In this document: positions 41,297-50,900 of the stretch, piece after piece
How positions within the stretch are numbered: position 1 is the first letter of the stretch
Layout: the number at the start of each line of letters is the position of its first letter
From: a virus
Taxonomy: Duplodnaviria > Caudoviricetes
Virus record (IMG/VR): IMGVR_UViG_3300037631_006232
Span: 1 to 64,000 of that record
Length of the DNA: 64,000 bases
Reading direction: 5' to 3' (one strand)
Program-made: the position numbers and the translations under genes
Notes under the pieces: generated by a model
The model's input: the letters and a program-made list of their open reading frames with translations, nothing else
The model's database searches: none
What the model was told of the DNA's origin: nothing

Positions 41297-42941
41297 TTTT
41301 TAGATGTATGAAGTTACCATAGGAAGTAGTGCCGTATATTTCTGTGGGCCTATCAAAATACCCCCAATTATCCGAAGGTATTCTACCTCTAGAAGAGAGT
41401 AGCCACAGAACTTTAGATTCCGGTATTCGCAACTGTGGAGGAGGCAAAGTACACTCGCCGTCAGTAGCATAGATAAGAAGATCTACGCTTCTAGGAGGTC
41501 TTACTGTTTTAGCACGGTCGTCGTACCATACTTTATCTCCACGTACCCAAGCAAATACAGGGTCAAAAGATGTGCCTCCTCTACCACGTAGATCTCTATC
41601 AATTTCAGAAGATTTACTCATCTCATAGATTTTAACTATACGAGTATCGCACTCTACCACAGTAACTTCTAATCCTGGATTAGATCGAATAATACCTTCT
41701 AGCTCAGTAAATATCTCTTGGATCTCTCCATTAGACACACTTCCGCTAGTATCTATAGCAAATACTATAGAGTACGTAGGATTTTTAATCCTACCTGGAA
41801 AAGGTGATGTCCTGAATCCCTTAATTCTAGTGTAATTCCGTTTAGGTCTGCTCATGCTTCTCTTGCGCAAGTTGGGGTTAGCGCTAGTGGTATATCTTTT
41901 GAGAACATCTCGCCAATTTATCTCAGGGTCTTTAGTAAGCTCCTCAACCCAGGCTTTGATGTTACCTCCTACAGTACCTCTGCTCTTCTCTCCTAGATTA
42001 TTAGAAGCAGTTACCATAGCGCGTTTAAATTTTCTATTAAGAGCCTCTGTTATCTCTTCGATAGATTTATCAGAGTCTCCTATAGCTTCGTCTAACTCAG
42101 ATAGTATGTGTTCTTCGGATAGACCAGAACCTCCCAAGAGCTCTTGTAATTGCTCCGCAGTAATCGCTTCCAAGGCTTTACTGACGCTAGTAGGCTTGCC
42201 TTCCCCTTCTTCAGATTCGCCGGATCCATCAGGGGAGTTTACAGGCGAACCCTTACCAGGGTATTTCTCATCCTCCGAACTCCCGTTTCCGTTTGTAGGG
42301 GGTTTAAGCATAGGCGCATCTCCACCTGCTCTTTTTAAAAGCTCTTGAGTATACCACTCCATGGACTTTAGAGGAGGAAGCCCTGCATCGCTAGGATGAA
42401 TACCAGCGTATTCACCCATAGGCTCCCCCTCAAACTTTTGGTCTTCAGTAGGTTCTTCTAGTGGTGTGCCTACGGAGCATTTTAGCTCTCTAAGCGTAAA
42501 GATTTTAAACTGGTCTATAAGCCAGCTATTTAGCGCGTAGTCGGCAGCTACATGCATAACCGCCGAAATTTTAATTAGTTTATCCCTGTCCTCTTTGTAT
42601 ATATCCCTAGCTTGTAGCATACGTGCTGTATGCGACAGTGCTGCATGGCCTAGCTCATGTGCTATTACAATGCCTGCACCTAACTCATCAAGCTGCTCTA
42701 CCATAGTAGGGGAGTACCGCATGACATAATGACCATTTTCAACAGCCATGCTAAAAGTAGGAGTAGTAGAACACTCTATAGTGCGCATACCGGATAGTAT
42801 ATCTACAAAGAATGCAAACCTACCTAGGTTAGAATTTCTTACCATGAGCCTAGCTAGGTAGTTGTTTAGGTTCTTTTCTAATTTTATAATTTCAGGAGTA
42901 CCGGTTTTTTTACTCCCAATAATAGATCTTCTTCGTCTCAT
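41289..42941 (-). CDS. Metallopeptidase-like (HExxH) + vWA domain protein, DUF2201-like
   Basis: AHELGH, AADYALN, W...L.R, IDTSGS (MIDAS), GRGGTSF.P.F and TDG motifs; GGAGG SD before 42941. Confidence 0.85.
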   Translation of the reverse strand: MRRRRSIIGSKKTGTPEIIKLEKNLNNYLARLMVRNSNLGRFAFFVDILSGMRTIECSTTPTFSMAVENGHYVMRYSPTMVEQLDELGAGIVIAHELGHAALSHTARMLQARDIYKEDRDKLIKISAVMHVAADYALNSWLIDQFKIFTLRELKCSVGTPLEEPTEDQKFEGEPMGEYAGIHPSDAGLPPLKSMEWYTQELLKRAGGDAPMLKPPTNGNGSSEDEKYPGKGSPVNSPDGSGESEEGEGKPTSVSKALEAITAEQLQELLGGSGLSEEHILSELDEAIGDSDKSIEEITEALNRKFKRAMVTASNNLGEKSRGTVGGNIKAWVEELTKDPEINWRDVLKRYTTSANPNLRKRSMSRPKRNYTRIKGFRTSPFPGRIKNPTYSIVFAIDTSGSVSNGEIQEIFTELEGIIRSNPGLEVTVVECDTRIVKIYEMSKSSEIDRDLRGRGGTSFDPVFAWVRGDKVWYDDRAKTVRPPRSVDLLIYATDGECTLPPPQLRIPESKVLWLLSSRGRIPSDNWGYFDRPTEIYGTTSYGNFIHLKNV

Positions 42942-42953
42942 AAAGGACCTCCA

Positions 42954-43934
42954 ATGATCGATCAAAATAGTGACGTGACATTTAGCCACTTAAAAATAAT
43001 TCTAGAAGACATGCCTCAAATACAGGAGCATATTAAAGAGGCTCATGTAGGCGAAGAAGTCCGTGAAAAAACTAGCGAAAGTGCGTTTGCGGACATCTAC
43101 AATCGTAGGTTCCCAATAGCCTCAAAAGCAGACGCAATACTATCAAAGGCTTATGCCACAAAAGTAGCAAATCTTGCGCCCGAAGTAATGTCAAAAATAG
43201 ACGTGGCTCTTAAGATATACGATGTTCCTAGCACTATATTTGAGACACAAAAAATAGCGTATTCTTCTGCGGAACCAGACTACCTGTTAGAGTCTCAGAA
43301 AAAACTACCGCTAACTAAAACTACCTTAACTAAAACAGCAGAGAAGTATTTATATAATAATGCTTTTAAGCTTAGACCAGCCACCTTATCTAAGGCGGCA
43401 GTTAAACTGGTGAAACACGCCTCTTCTAGAGGGGAAGAAGTATCTACTGAAACTCTTAAATACGCAGGGCTAGTACAAGCCAACTTAACAGAAGCGTCTA
43501 ATTGGATAGAAGCCCGTTCCTATAAAACTAAGGATAGTACCCATGCTAAAGCATACACTAAGTTAGCTAACGTGGTTAGTAACTTAGGTAAAGGCACTAG
43601 TAGGGATCAGCTGATTAAAATAGCGAATACTTTAGAAAACTTAGATTCACTAAGTGGGTTAGATGTTCATTACCATAAAAACCTACCGGACTCTATTAGC
43701 ACTATTTTTAACACCAAACTAGCTATGGCACCTTCTGTAGAGATGGCAGGTAAAGATATTGGTCTAGAAAAACTACTAGCCATAGACCCTTACGTATATG
43801 GAGATATTCTTGGGTCTGATGTAGTAGAAGAGATTACTGAAAACGGAGAATTAGATAGTCAAAAACTTATTGAAGTATTCGAAACTCTTCCTTCGGATAT
43901 GAAAACTTTATTAGTGGAGAAGTTATCTCTATGA
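42954..43934 (+). CDS. K-x-A-rich protein, probable head morphogenesis protein
   Basis: At least eight K-x-A/S motifs (KEA, KTS, KVA, KIA, KTA, KHA, KLA). Confidence 0.55.
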   Translation: MIDQNSDVTFSHLKIILEDMPQIQEHIKEAHVGEEVREKTSESAFADIYNRRFPIASKADAILSKAYATKVANLAPEVMSKIDVALKIYDVPSTIFETQKIAYSSAEPDYLLESQKKLPLTKTTLTKTAEKYLYNNAFKLRPATLSKAAVKLVKHASSRGEEVSTETLKYAGLVQANLTEASNWIEARSYKTKDSTHAKAYTKLANVVSNLGKGTSRDQLIKIANTLENLDSLSGLDVHYHKNLPDSISTIFNTKLAMAPSVEMAGKDIGLEKLLAIDPYVYGDILGSDVVEEITENGELDSQKLIEVFETLPSDMKTLLVEKLSL

Positions 43935-44575
43935 TAGGATCTGTAAAAGATACTTATAGCAACGAACCTAAGGCTAAAGAATTACTTTCCAGCAACAAGT
44001 TTATACCTGCCACAGCTCTGGTAATTGCTGCCGATATAGTAACTAGTGGTAATTTTTTTGCTTGGGAATTAGAGACTACTTTTGACTTCTTAGAGGACGC
44101 TGGGTGCTTGCCCGAGCCTAAAAACCGAGATCGGTTGATGGGAGCAATGTCCATACTACTAAACCCTGCGTTTTTGTGGGATGCTGGAGCGTTTATGGCA
44201 GTTAGTCAAACCTTTAATGGTGTATTAGCGGTGCCGGAGATATGGGAGCCTCTGACGCCTGCTAACGTAGCGTATACCTTAGATGAAATAGATTCGGTGT
44301 ATAAAGTTTACAATAACACCAAAAAACTAGAGCCTTTGTACGCAGAAGAACCTAGGATATTTATAGCCGCTTGCTGTAAGGAGAATGGCGTATCTGTACT
44401 ACCCAAAGAGCTAACTTTATGTAAGGATCAATTTCATAGAGTATACGATTTACCTGAGGATATGCAGGATATTATTAGCAATCCGGTACTAGAACGTAAG
44501 TTAAAAGAGATTACTACCTACATACAGAAGCTATCTCAGCTAAGGGCGAATTTAGTCTCAGAGCTAAAAAAATAG
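43931..44575 (+). CDS. Hypothetical protein
   Basis: Coupled to the upstream gene. Confidence 0.55.
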   Translation: MIGSVKDTYSNEPKAKELLSSNKFIPATALVIAADIVTSGNFFAWELETTFDFLEDAGCLPEPKNRDRLMGAMSILLNPAFLWDAGAFMAVSQTFNGVLAVPEIWEPLTPANVAYTLDEIDSVYKVYNNTKKLEPLYAEEPRIFIAACCKENGVSVLPKELTLCKDQFHRVYDLPEDMQDIISNPVLERKLKEITTYIQKLSQLRANLVSELKK

Positions 44576-44630
44576 GTATCAAGGCTCCTAGTATCATGTA
44601 CCTATTCCTTATCCTAGTAGCGTAGTGGGG

Positions 44631-45788
44631 CTAGCCTTTAATTATACTTTTAATTTCTGGGAAGATCTTAGTCTTCCAGATCTCTGTTTTGCTCATAACA
44701 CCCATGAGTAGGCGATAGTAGTTCCCATCGGTGTTGGCTTTATACTTATTCAATTCCATCATAAATTTCATCTTGTGTTCCGCTCCAAGCTCTGACCAGA
44801 ACTTAACCATATTAGTAGCAGTAGTTTCTGAATCAGGTTGGTTGTCCATTACGTACATAGCGACCGATGTAGTTAGTCGTGACACTAGATCCGCACGACC
44901 TTCCTTCTCCATCTTCTCTATGACAGGCTTAGCTTTTCTAGTGTAGGAAGTAACGACTACCTTGGGGGGTAGTTTGAATTCGCTATCTTCTGTGAAAGAC
45001 ACAAAGTCACTAGCCATATCGTAATTGATATAGCCGGCGAGTATGCTAGCATCTAGTAGACCTCCATTAGCATGGAGAAAATTACTAACCTCATGCCATA
45101 CCGCAGGGTTGCCGTAGATCTTTCCTGCGTTACGGGCTTTTTCATCCATAAGGGCATCTACGTTAGATTCGATGTACTCAATTACATACTTGTGCATGGC
45201 TACTTCTCTGGCATACTTTAGCCATCCGCTCACAGAATGGACGGCATAATAGTGCTTGAGACGGCGTCGCCAAGCAAAGTCGCTCATGATATCCTTAACG
45301 GCATAGTCCCCATTGTCTGGGTTACAAGCGGCCATTAGGTAGCAATTATCTGGTAGCTTGTGGCCATGAATCCGACGTTCAGTTAAGATGTTGAACATAA
45401 TGGTAGATACGGCTTCCGAGGCTCGGGTTACCTCGTCAAGAAAGAGAACCGAAGGTAAGCCTAGTTTACCTGCTTCGAAGATGGGCTTAAGCCAATCAGG
45501 TAGTTTAAACGAAAAGTAGTTAGGATCTTCATCATCTGCGAAGGGTATTCCTAGATCTTCTGGTTGGCACTCAGACATGGTCTTAGCAACGAAGGCGTGT
45601 GCTTTTAGCTTTTGTGCTATTTGATGGCAAATAGCAGTCTTTCCAATTCCAGAGTCGCCGTGTAGGCACGGAACTCCTCCGCTCATACAAACTCGTATAA
45701 TGGTGTTTGCGGCTGAACTAATAGGGACGGTTGTAATCCCCAGTTTGTTGGTGTACTTTACAATAGTAGAATCTGTTTGATTTGTCAT
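44631..45788 (-). CDS. MoxR-like AAA+ ATPase
   Basis: GDSGIGKT, LFLDE.TRA, AACNP and RR motifs; GAGGAG SD before 45788. Confidence 0.85.
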   Translation of the reverse strand: MTNQTDSTIVKYTNKLGITTVPISSAANTIIRVCMSGGVPCLHGDSGIGKTAICHQIAQKLKAHAFVAKTMSECQPEDLGIPFADDEDPNYFSFKLPDWLKPIFEAGKLGLPSVLFLDEVTRASEAVSTIMFNILTERRIHGHKLPDNCYLMAACNPDNGDYAVKDIMSDFAWRRRLKHYYAVHSVSGWLKYAREVAMHKYVIEYIESNVDALMDEKARNAGKIYGNPAVWHEVSNFLHANGGLLDASILAGYINYDMASDFVSFTEDSEFKLPPKVVVTSYTRKAKPVIEKMEKEGRADLVSRLTTSVAMYVMDNQPDSETTATNMVKFWSELGAEHKMKFMMELNKYKANTDGNYYRLLMGVMSKTEIWKTKIFPEIKSIIKG

Positions 45789-45798
45789 AGGACTCCTC

Positions 45799-47313
45799 AT
45801 GTTAATGATTAATAGAAAACAATTAGCTGAAGCTAGTTTAGAATTAGATGGAGATAAGTTCTCCTTAGATGACTACCCGTTTTACCATGCTTTATATAAG
45901 GGCGAGTGGCCTAGTACTTTGCTTATGTGTGGTAGGCAAGTAGGTAAGTCCGTTAGTGCCGCCGCTTTTAGTGTTTGTGAGAGTGTAGCTATGCCACACT
46001 TCAAAACACTTTACATAGCGCCCACTCTTAAACAAACTAGTACGTTTAGTAATACTCGTGTTAGTAAATTGGTACGTCATAGTCCCGGTATAAAAGCCCT
46101 TATGGGCTCTGTAACCTCGGACAATGTTTTTCTCAAAGTCTTAGGTAATGGTAGCGAGCTAATATTTAACTACGCCTCCGATGATCCTGATAGGGTTCGG
46201 GGAATCTCTGCAGATCGTGTTATATACGATGAAGTGCAGGATATTGACTATGACGCTGTAGTACCTGTAGTTAACGAATGCTTAGCCAATTCTAAGTATG
46301 GCTTCGTTAGCTACATGGGTACACCTAAAACACAAGAAAATACTATACAATTCCTTTGGGACAACTCATCCCAGAGTGAGTGGTGTGTTAAGTGTGGTTC
46401 TTGCGGTAAGTACTCTTTTTATAGAACCGTAGATGGCATAGGGAAAACAGGCCCTATATGTTTGCACTGTAAAAGTAAGGTAAATCCTCGTAACGGTATG
46501 TGGGTTGACATGAAAAAAGAGTACTATACTAAGGCATTTCATGTACCTCAGATAATACTACCCGCCAATGCTGAACAAGAAAACCGTTGGGATCGGGTTC
46601 TAAATAAGTTAGACACTTACTCTGATACCAAGTTTAAGAACGAGGTTTTGGGAGTAAGCGATAGCGTAGGATCTAGGCTAATCTCCTTAGAGGAGTTACA
46701 TAGAGCTTGCAAACCCCGACAGACTTCCTCCGGGTTTGTATGCGGAGGCGTTGACTGGTCAGGAGGCGGGTCTAAAGGCCTAAGCAGGACTGTATCTTGG
46801 GTCTTTTCTAGGAACCCGGGAGGTAAATTCATTTGCCATCATTACCAGATCTACCGAGACGTTAATCCAGTAGATGCAGTAGATCGCATAGCCCAAACTT
46901 TTTCCCAGCACCAAGTCACCTTGGTGATGGGAGACGCTGGCGAAGGGGCATTAGCTAATAGTCTACTGACTAAGAAGCTAATGGGAACCCCTGTGTACCA
47001 ATGCCAATACGGCTCTAGCTCCAAACCTCTTAGGTGGAATGGTGTAGATCGTTATATGGTTGATCGAACTACTCTCATAGATTGCTTCTTTCTCGATATC
47101 AAGCAAGGTAGGATACAATTCTTATCTCAACCTGAGATGAAAGATGCTTTCGATGATTTTCTAGCTTTGTATGAAGAGGTTATGCCTTCGGGAAAGAAAG
47201 TGTGGCGGCATTCTCCTAATAATCCCGACGACTGTCTTCATGCAGCTGTATTCTCATGGGCCGCTTGTAAGATACTGACCCATGACTTAGCGTTTTACCA
47301 CAAGGATGCTTAG
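45799..47313 (+). CDS. terL: Terminase large subunit (GpA-like)
   Basis: GRQVGKS, RGISAD...DEVQD, GTP, zinc-finger CxxC pairs, F.NEVLG, GVDW and PDD.LHA motifs. Confidence 0.85.
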   Translation: MLMINRKQLAEASLELDGDKFSLDDYPFYHALYKGEWPSTLLMCGRQVGKSVSAAAFSVCESVAMPHFKTLYIAPTLKQTSTFSNTRVSKLVRHSPGIKALMGSVTSDNVFLKVLGNGSELIFNYASDDPDRVRGISADRVIYDEVQDIDYDAVVPVVNECLANSKYGFVSYMGTPKTQENTIQFLWDNSSQSEWCVKCGSCGKYSFYRTVDGIGKTGPICLHCKSKVNPRNGMWVDMKKEYYTKAFHVPQIILPANAEQENRWDRVLNKLDTYSDTKFKNEVLGVSDSVGSRLISLEELHRACKPRQTSSGFVCGGVDWSGGGSKGLSRTVSWVFSRNPGGKFICHHYQIYRDVNPVDAVDRIAQTFSQHQVTLVMGDAGEGALANSLLTKKLMGTPVYQCQYGSSSKPLRWNGVDRYMVDRTTLIDCFFLDIKQGRIQFLSQPEMKDAFDDFLALYEEVMPSGKKVWRHSPNNPDDCLHAAVFSWAACKILTHDLAFYHKDA

Positions 47314-47781
47314 TCCAAGAAGCTCTTTCGAGCGCCGACGGAGGGTGGTATGCGAAGCATACCTCTTCCGGTCGTAAAAGCTTGGCGTTAGATGTAGCTT
47401 CTAACCGCTTTTACTTTAGCGACTAAGCTAACTTTTACTAGTCCAAGATATCATCCTGGTTGCGAGGCGAGCGGTTCCCGTAGCGTAGCGAAGGGATTAG
47501 GCTGCCTGGCATTAGCCCGAGGTAGAGAAGGTAGCCTTCTCTGGGCTAATTAGTAGCGACTAGTAAAAGTTCCTAGACCAAGAAAGCGCGCTGGCGCCGA
47601 TGTCGCAGCCCCAGTTCTACTGGGGAGGGAAATAGTAGGGGTTAGTAACTAACCCTAATTCCCCTAGTAGCGTCTAGGTTCTGTACACAAACCAAGAAGG
47701 CGAGACCTGCAGCTCAGGACTCAGTCCACATCTTGGATGCAGTAGTAACTACTGCGTATGCTTAACACATAAGCGTTTGTG
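47308..47781 (-). ncRNA. Tandem array of four structured retron msr/msd-like ncRNA units
   Basis: Units 47308-47428, 47430-47571, 47572-47678 and 47686-47781. Each is closed by a different perfect 7-14 bp inverted repeat flanking CAAGA...AGC (+ strand) and contains a G-TAR-C loop hairpin. Confidence 0.7.
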
Positions 47782-47918
47782 CTAAACCCCCGTACCTTTG
47801 CTAATACAAATAGAGACCAATGGCGTAGTGAATCTCTTTTTAACCTTTGTAGGTCTTTGTAGATAAGAATTAAATTCTTATTAATAGACGAAGCTATTAG
47901 CATAGGTATAGGAGCAAG

Positions 47919-47930
47919 TACTTATACCAT
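47919..47930 (-). promoter_or_regulatory. Putative extended -10 phage promoter motif ATGGTATAAGTA
   Basis: Identical 12-mer at 60620-60631; both copies are intergenic and face minus-strand units. Confidence 0.6.
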
Positions 47931-47933
47931 GTT

Positions 47934-50900
47934 TTAGTTACTTTTTGCGCAATAAGCCTCTATGCTATATTTAGCTTCTCCGTAACTAGGGCCTACCTCT
48001 ACATCGTAGGGCAAAGCTACTGGAACTACAGGGAATTCTTGTTTTATAAAGTCTCTGACAGCCGATTCTAAAAACGCAGGTAACTCTTCTAACCTAGTAA
48101 CAGGCATCTCAAATACTATGCTATCATGTACTGTTAATAATAACCTACCATTTAGCTCAGGTAAACGTGCGTGCAGGTTTATTAGAGTTCTACATACTAT
48201 TTCTGAAGTAAACCCCTGCACTAAATAGTTAACACCCTGACGTTGGCAGCTGCTGCCTACACTGCCGCCCATAAAAGCTAAAGGAAATCTTCTAGCCCTA
48301 CCTGTAGGAGTCCTTAAAATACCTTCACGCTTTACCTTCCTTTTAGTACCTGAAATGTACTCTTCTACTTTAGGGAATCTAGCGAAAAACATATTCATTA
48401 AACCAGTAGCCTCATCAGGAGTAATCCCTAGCTGCATAGATAATTTGTTTGGTCCAATACAAAATATAAGGCCAAATACTATAGCTTTAGCCTGCTGGCG
48501 AAGCCTAACTAACTTCTTATCCGAGTCTGTCTGCACCACCTTATCTTTCTGCCGGGAAGTATTAATAGCATCATAGTCTTGTTGAAAAACTATACTAGCT
48601 ATCCAAGAATGCATATCCAAGCCTTTATTCAGAGCGTCTAGTAATCCAGGGTCTCTAGCATATACCGTTAACCCCCTAACCTCTGCTCCCGCAAAGTCGA
48701 GATCCACCACACACAACTCTTCACCTACCGACCAACCGTACTTAGCACAAAGCTGCTTCTCTACTTCACTAGCGGTAGGTCTAGTGTCTGTAGGTACAAA
48801 AGCTTTCTTAATAGGTACCCCTGCTATTGTTGGGGGCTGGTTTTGTAGGTTAGGGCTACTAGAGGATAGCCTTCCAGTAGCCGTGCCGTTTGCATTAGTA
48901 TTTCCATGAACCCTACCATCATAACTACTTAGTAGTAGCAGGTTGTCCAGATAGGTAGCCCTACCTTTGGCCGCAGATCTATAATCTAATATTGTTTGAG
49001 CTATAGGATTTGTCTTAGCCCACTCAGCTAGTACCTCATTGCTACAGCTATGTGCTCCAGTCTCTGTTTTCTTTAAACTAGGCATGCCGTAGCCAGCAAT
49101 CATTATATTAGCTAGGTCTGAAGGGTTATTAAGAACAATGCTATCTCTGGGTCTATGTAGATCAGTACTTATGCGATCTAACAAGTCTTCCTTTAGTAGC
49201 AATTCTCGGTCTTTTAGAATAGCACTCTGAGTTATAAGGTATTCTCTGTCTAATCTAACACCTTCCACCTGCATATCGCTAAGTACTTCTGTTAGTGGGA
49301 TATAGTGCTTTGACATTAAACTCATCATAAAATCCCTACCCTCAGCAATGGCCTTGGATTTAGGATCTTCTTTCCAAGCCTTAATCCTCTGCATTGTGCT
49401 GAGACGGTAAGTTAGGTCTGCGTCTATAGCGGCGTAAGGTATCATTATAGCAGGGTCCACCATTTCAAAGGTTACTTTTTCATGGTAAGGGTCTATTCTA
49501 CTTCTACCTGACAGGTTAGAAAATTCTGTTCTAAGAATTTTGGATACCGAACTTCTTACTTGCTTTACGTACTTAGCCCTATTGGCTAGCATATCAATAG
49601 TAGCCGATATGGTTACTTTTTGATTAGCAGGGGTAGATTTAAGTCTGTTCATCCTTTTTAGCTTCTTAGAAGTCTCTTTGATATCCTCTAATTCTGATTC
49701 TAAGTCTTTAGAGCCTAGGGGACTAAGAACCATTCTGTTACCCGTAGAGTTGCTCATAGATTTACTTAGTAACTTTGTTTCCATATCGCTAGTTAGGTTA
49801 CTAAGCTGCTCTACTAAAGGCTCTTCGTATTTGGCTAGGGAAGGGTAGTGCTCTAGCACTACTTTCTTTAGACTATATAAACCCTTCTTATCTTCGTCTA
49901 GCATATGCTCTGCTAGCATCCCATCCCACTTAGTATTGTTTACTGGGTTAGCGAAAATCTCTTCTACAGGCTTCCCAACCACCTTTTCTATATTAGCCTT
50001 AAGCCGGGAGTGGCAGGCCATAGCCAACTTGGTTTGCCTTACTAAGATATGCTTGGCTATACCATAGTCAAACTTATAGTTCCACCAAGTCTTGGCGTGA
50101 GGTGATTGTAGTAGCTTCCAGATATAGGGAATTATGCCACTAAAGCTATACGGAGCTAGTTTGTGAAAAACATACAGAGATAGGGCCTTACCTTCTGCCA
50201 CGCAAGCAGATATGGCTATTACTCTACCGTCTGAATTCCATGGAAATAAGGTGGTAGTTTCAAAATCCAAGGACATCATCGTGTTTGCTACAGTTTTTCC
50301 TGGAGCCGAGTAGTCACAATACTCATTAATTAATGCAATAGCATCTTCTAGGTCCTTAGGTCTTGGCTTATAGGGCGTCAGAGGAGGAACTATGTCGTAG
50401 TTATCCAGTAAGCTTGGTACATCGATATTATCTAAAGGATACCCAAAAGCCACTTTTGCAGCTTTAGCGATATCGCCACAAGCCACTTCAACTACCCCCA
50501 CAGATTCAAACATCTTGCTTAATCCGAAGGTAGGTAACACCTTAAAAACTTTCTTCCCTATAGTTACCTCTATAACGGTACCACGTACATTACTATGCAG
50601 AGATTTTACTCCTAGGAAACTAAGGGCTTTGGGTCCAAAAGCTAATATGGTACTAGCACCTGAGCTCAGTATCTGGCTATACCCTACATTACTTGCACAG
50701 GTTTTTAAAAGTTTTACACTGCTGGTTAAGTTAGAAGCACAAGATACTGAGTACATATAGAAGCAACTAGCTTTTAGCTTTTTTGATAATCCGGTAGGGT
50801 CTACCTTAGCTGCTCTGGTAAGAAGGGATTTCATCATCTCTCCATCCCTGCCCGCCAAAGGAACATTGGCCCAAGGAGGCGGAGAGTCCATTAGTACCAC

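Noticed and set aside
47308-47781. CRISPR array or tRNA cluster
   Set aside because: There are no identical 25-40 nt direct repeats (only 5 nt and 3 nt are invariant), no cloverleaf or T-loop/CCA was seen, and there are no cas genes
47308-47781. Simple bidirectional terminator between convergent terL and polA
   Set aside because: The region is far too long, has a fourfold repeated multi-stem architecture, and the stems lack consistent U-tracts
47721-47903. 60 aa minus-strand ORF
   Set aside because: No SD or motif, and it overlaps array unit 4; more likely the leader of the ncRNA transcript
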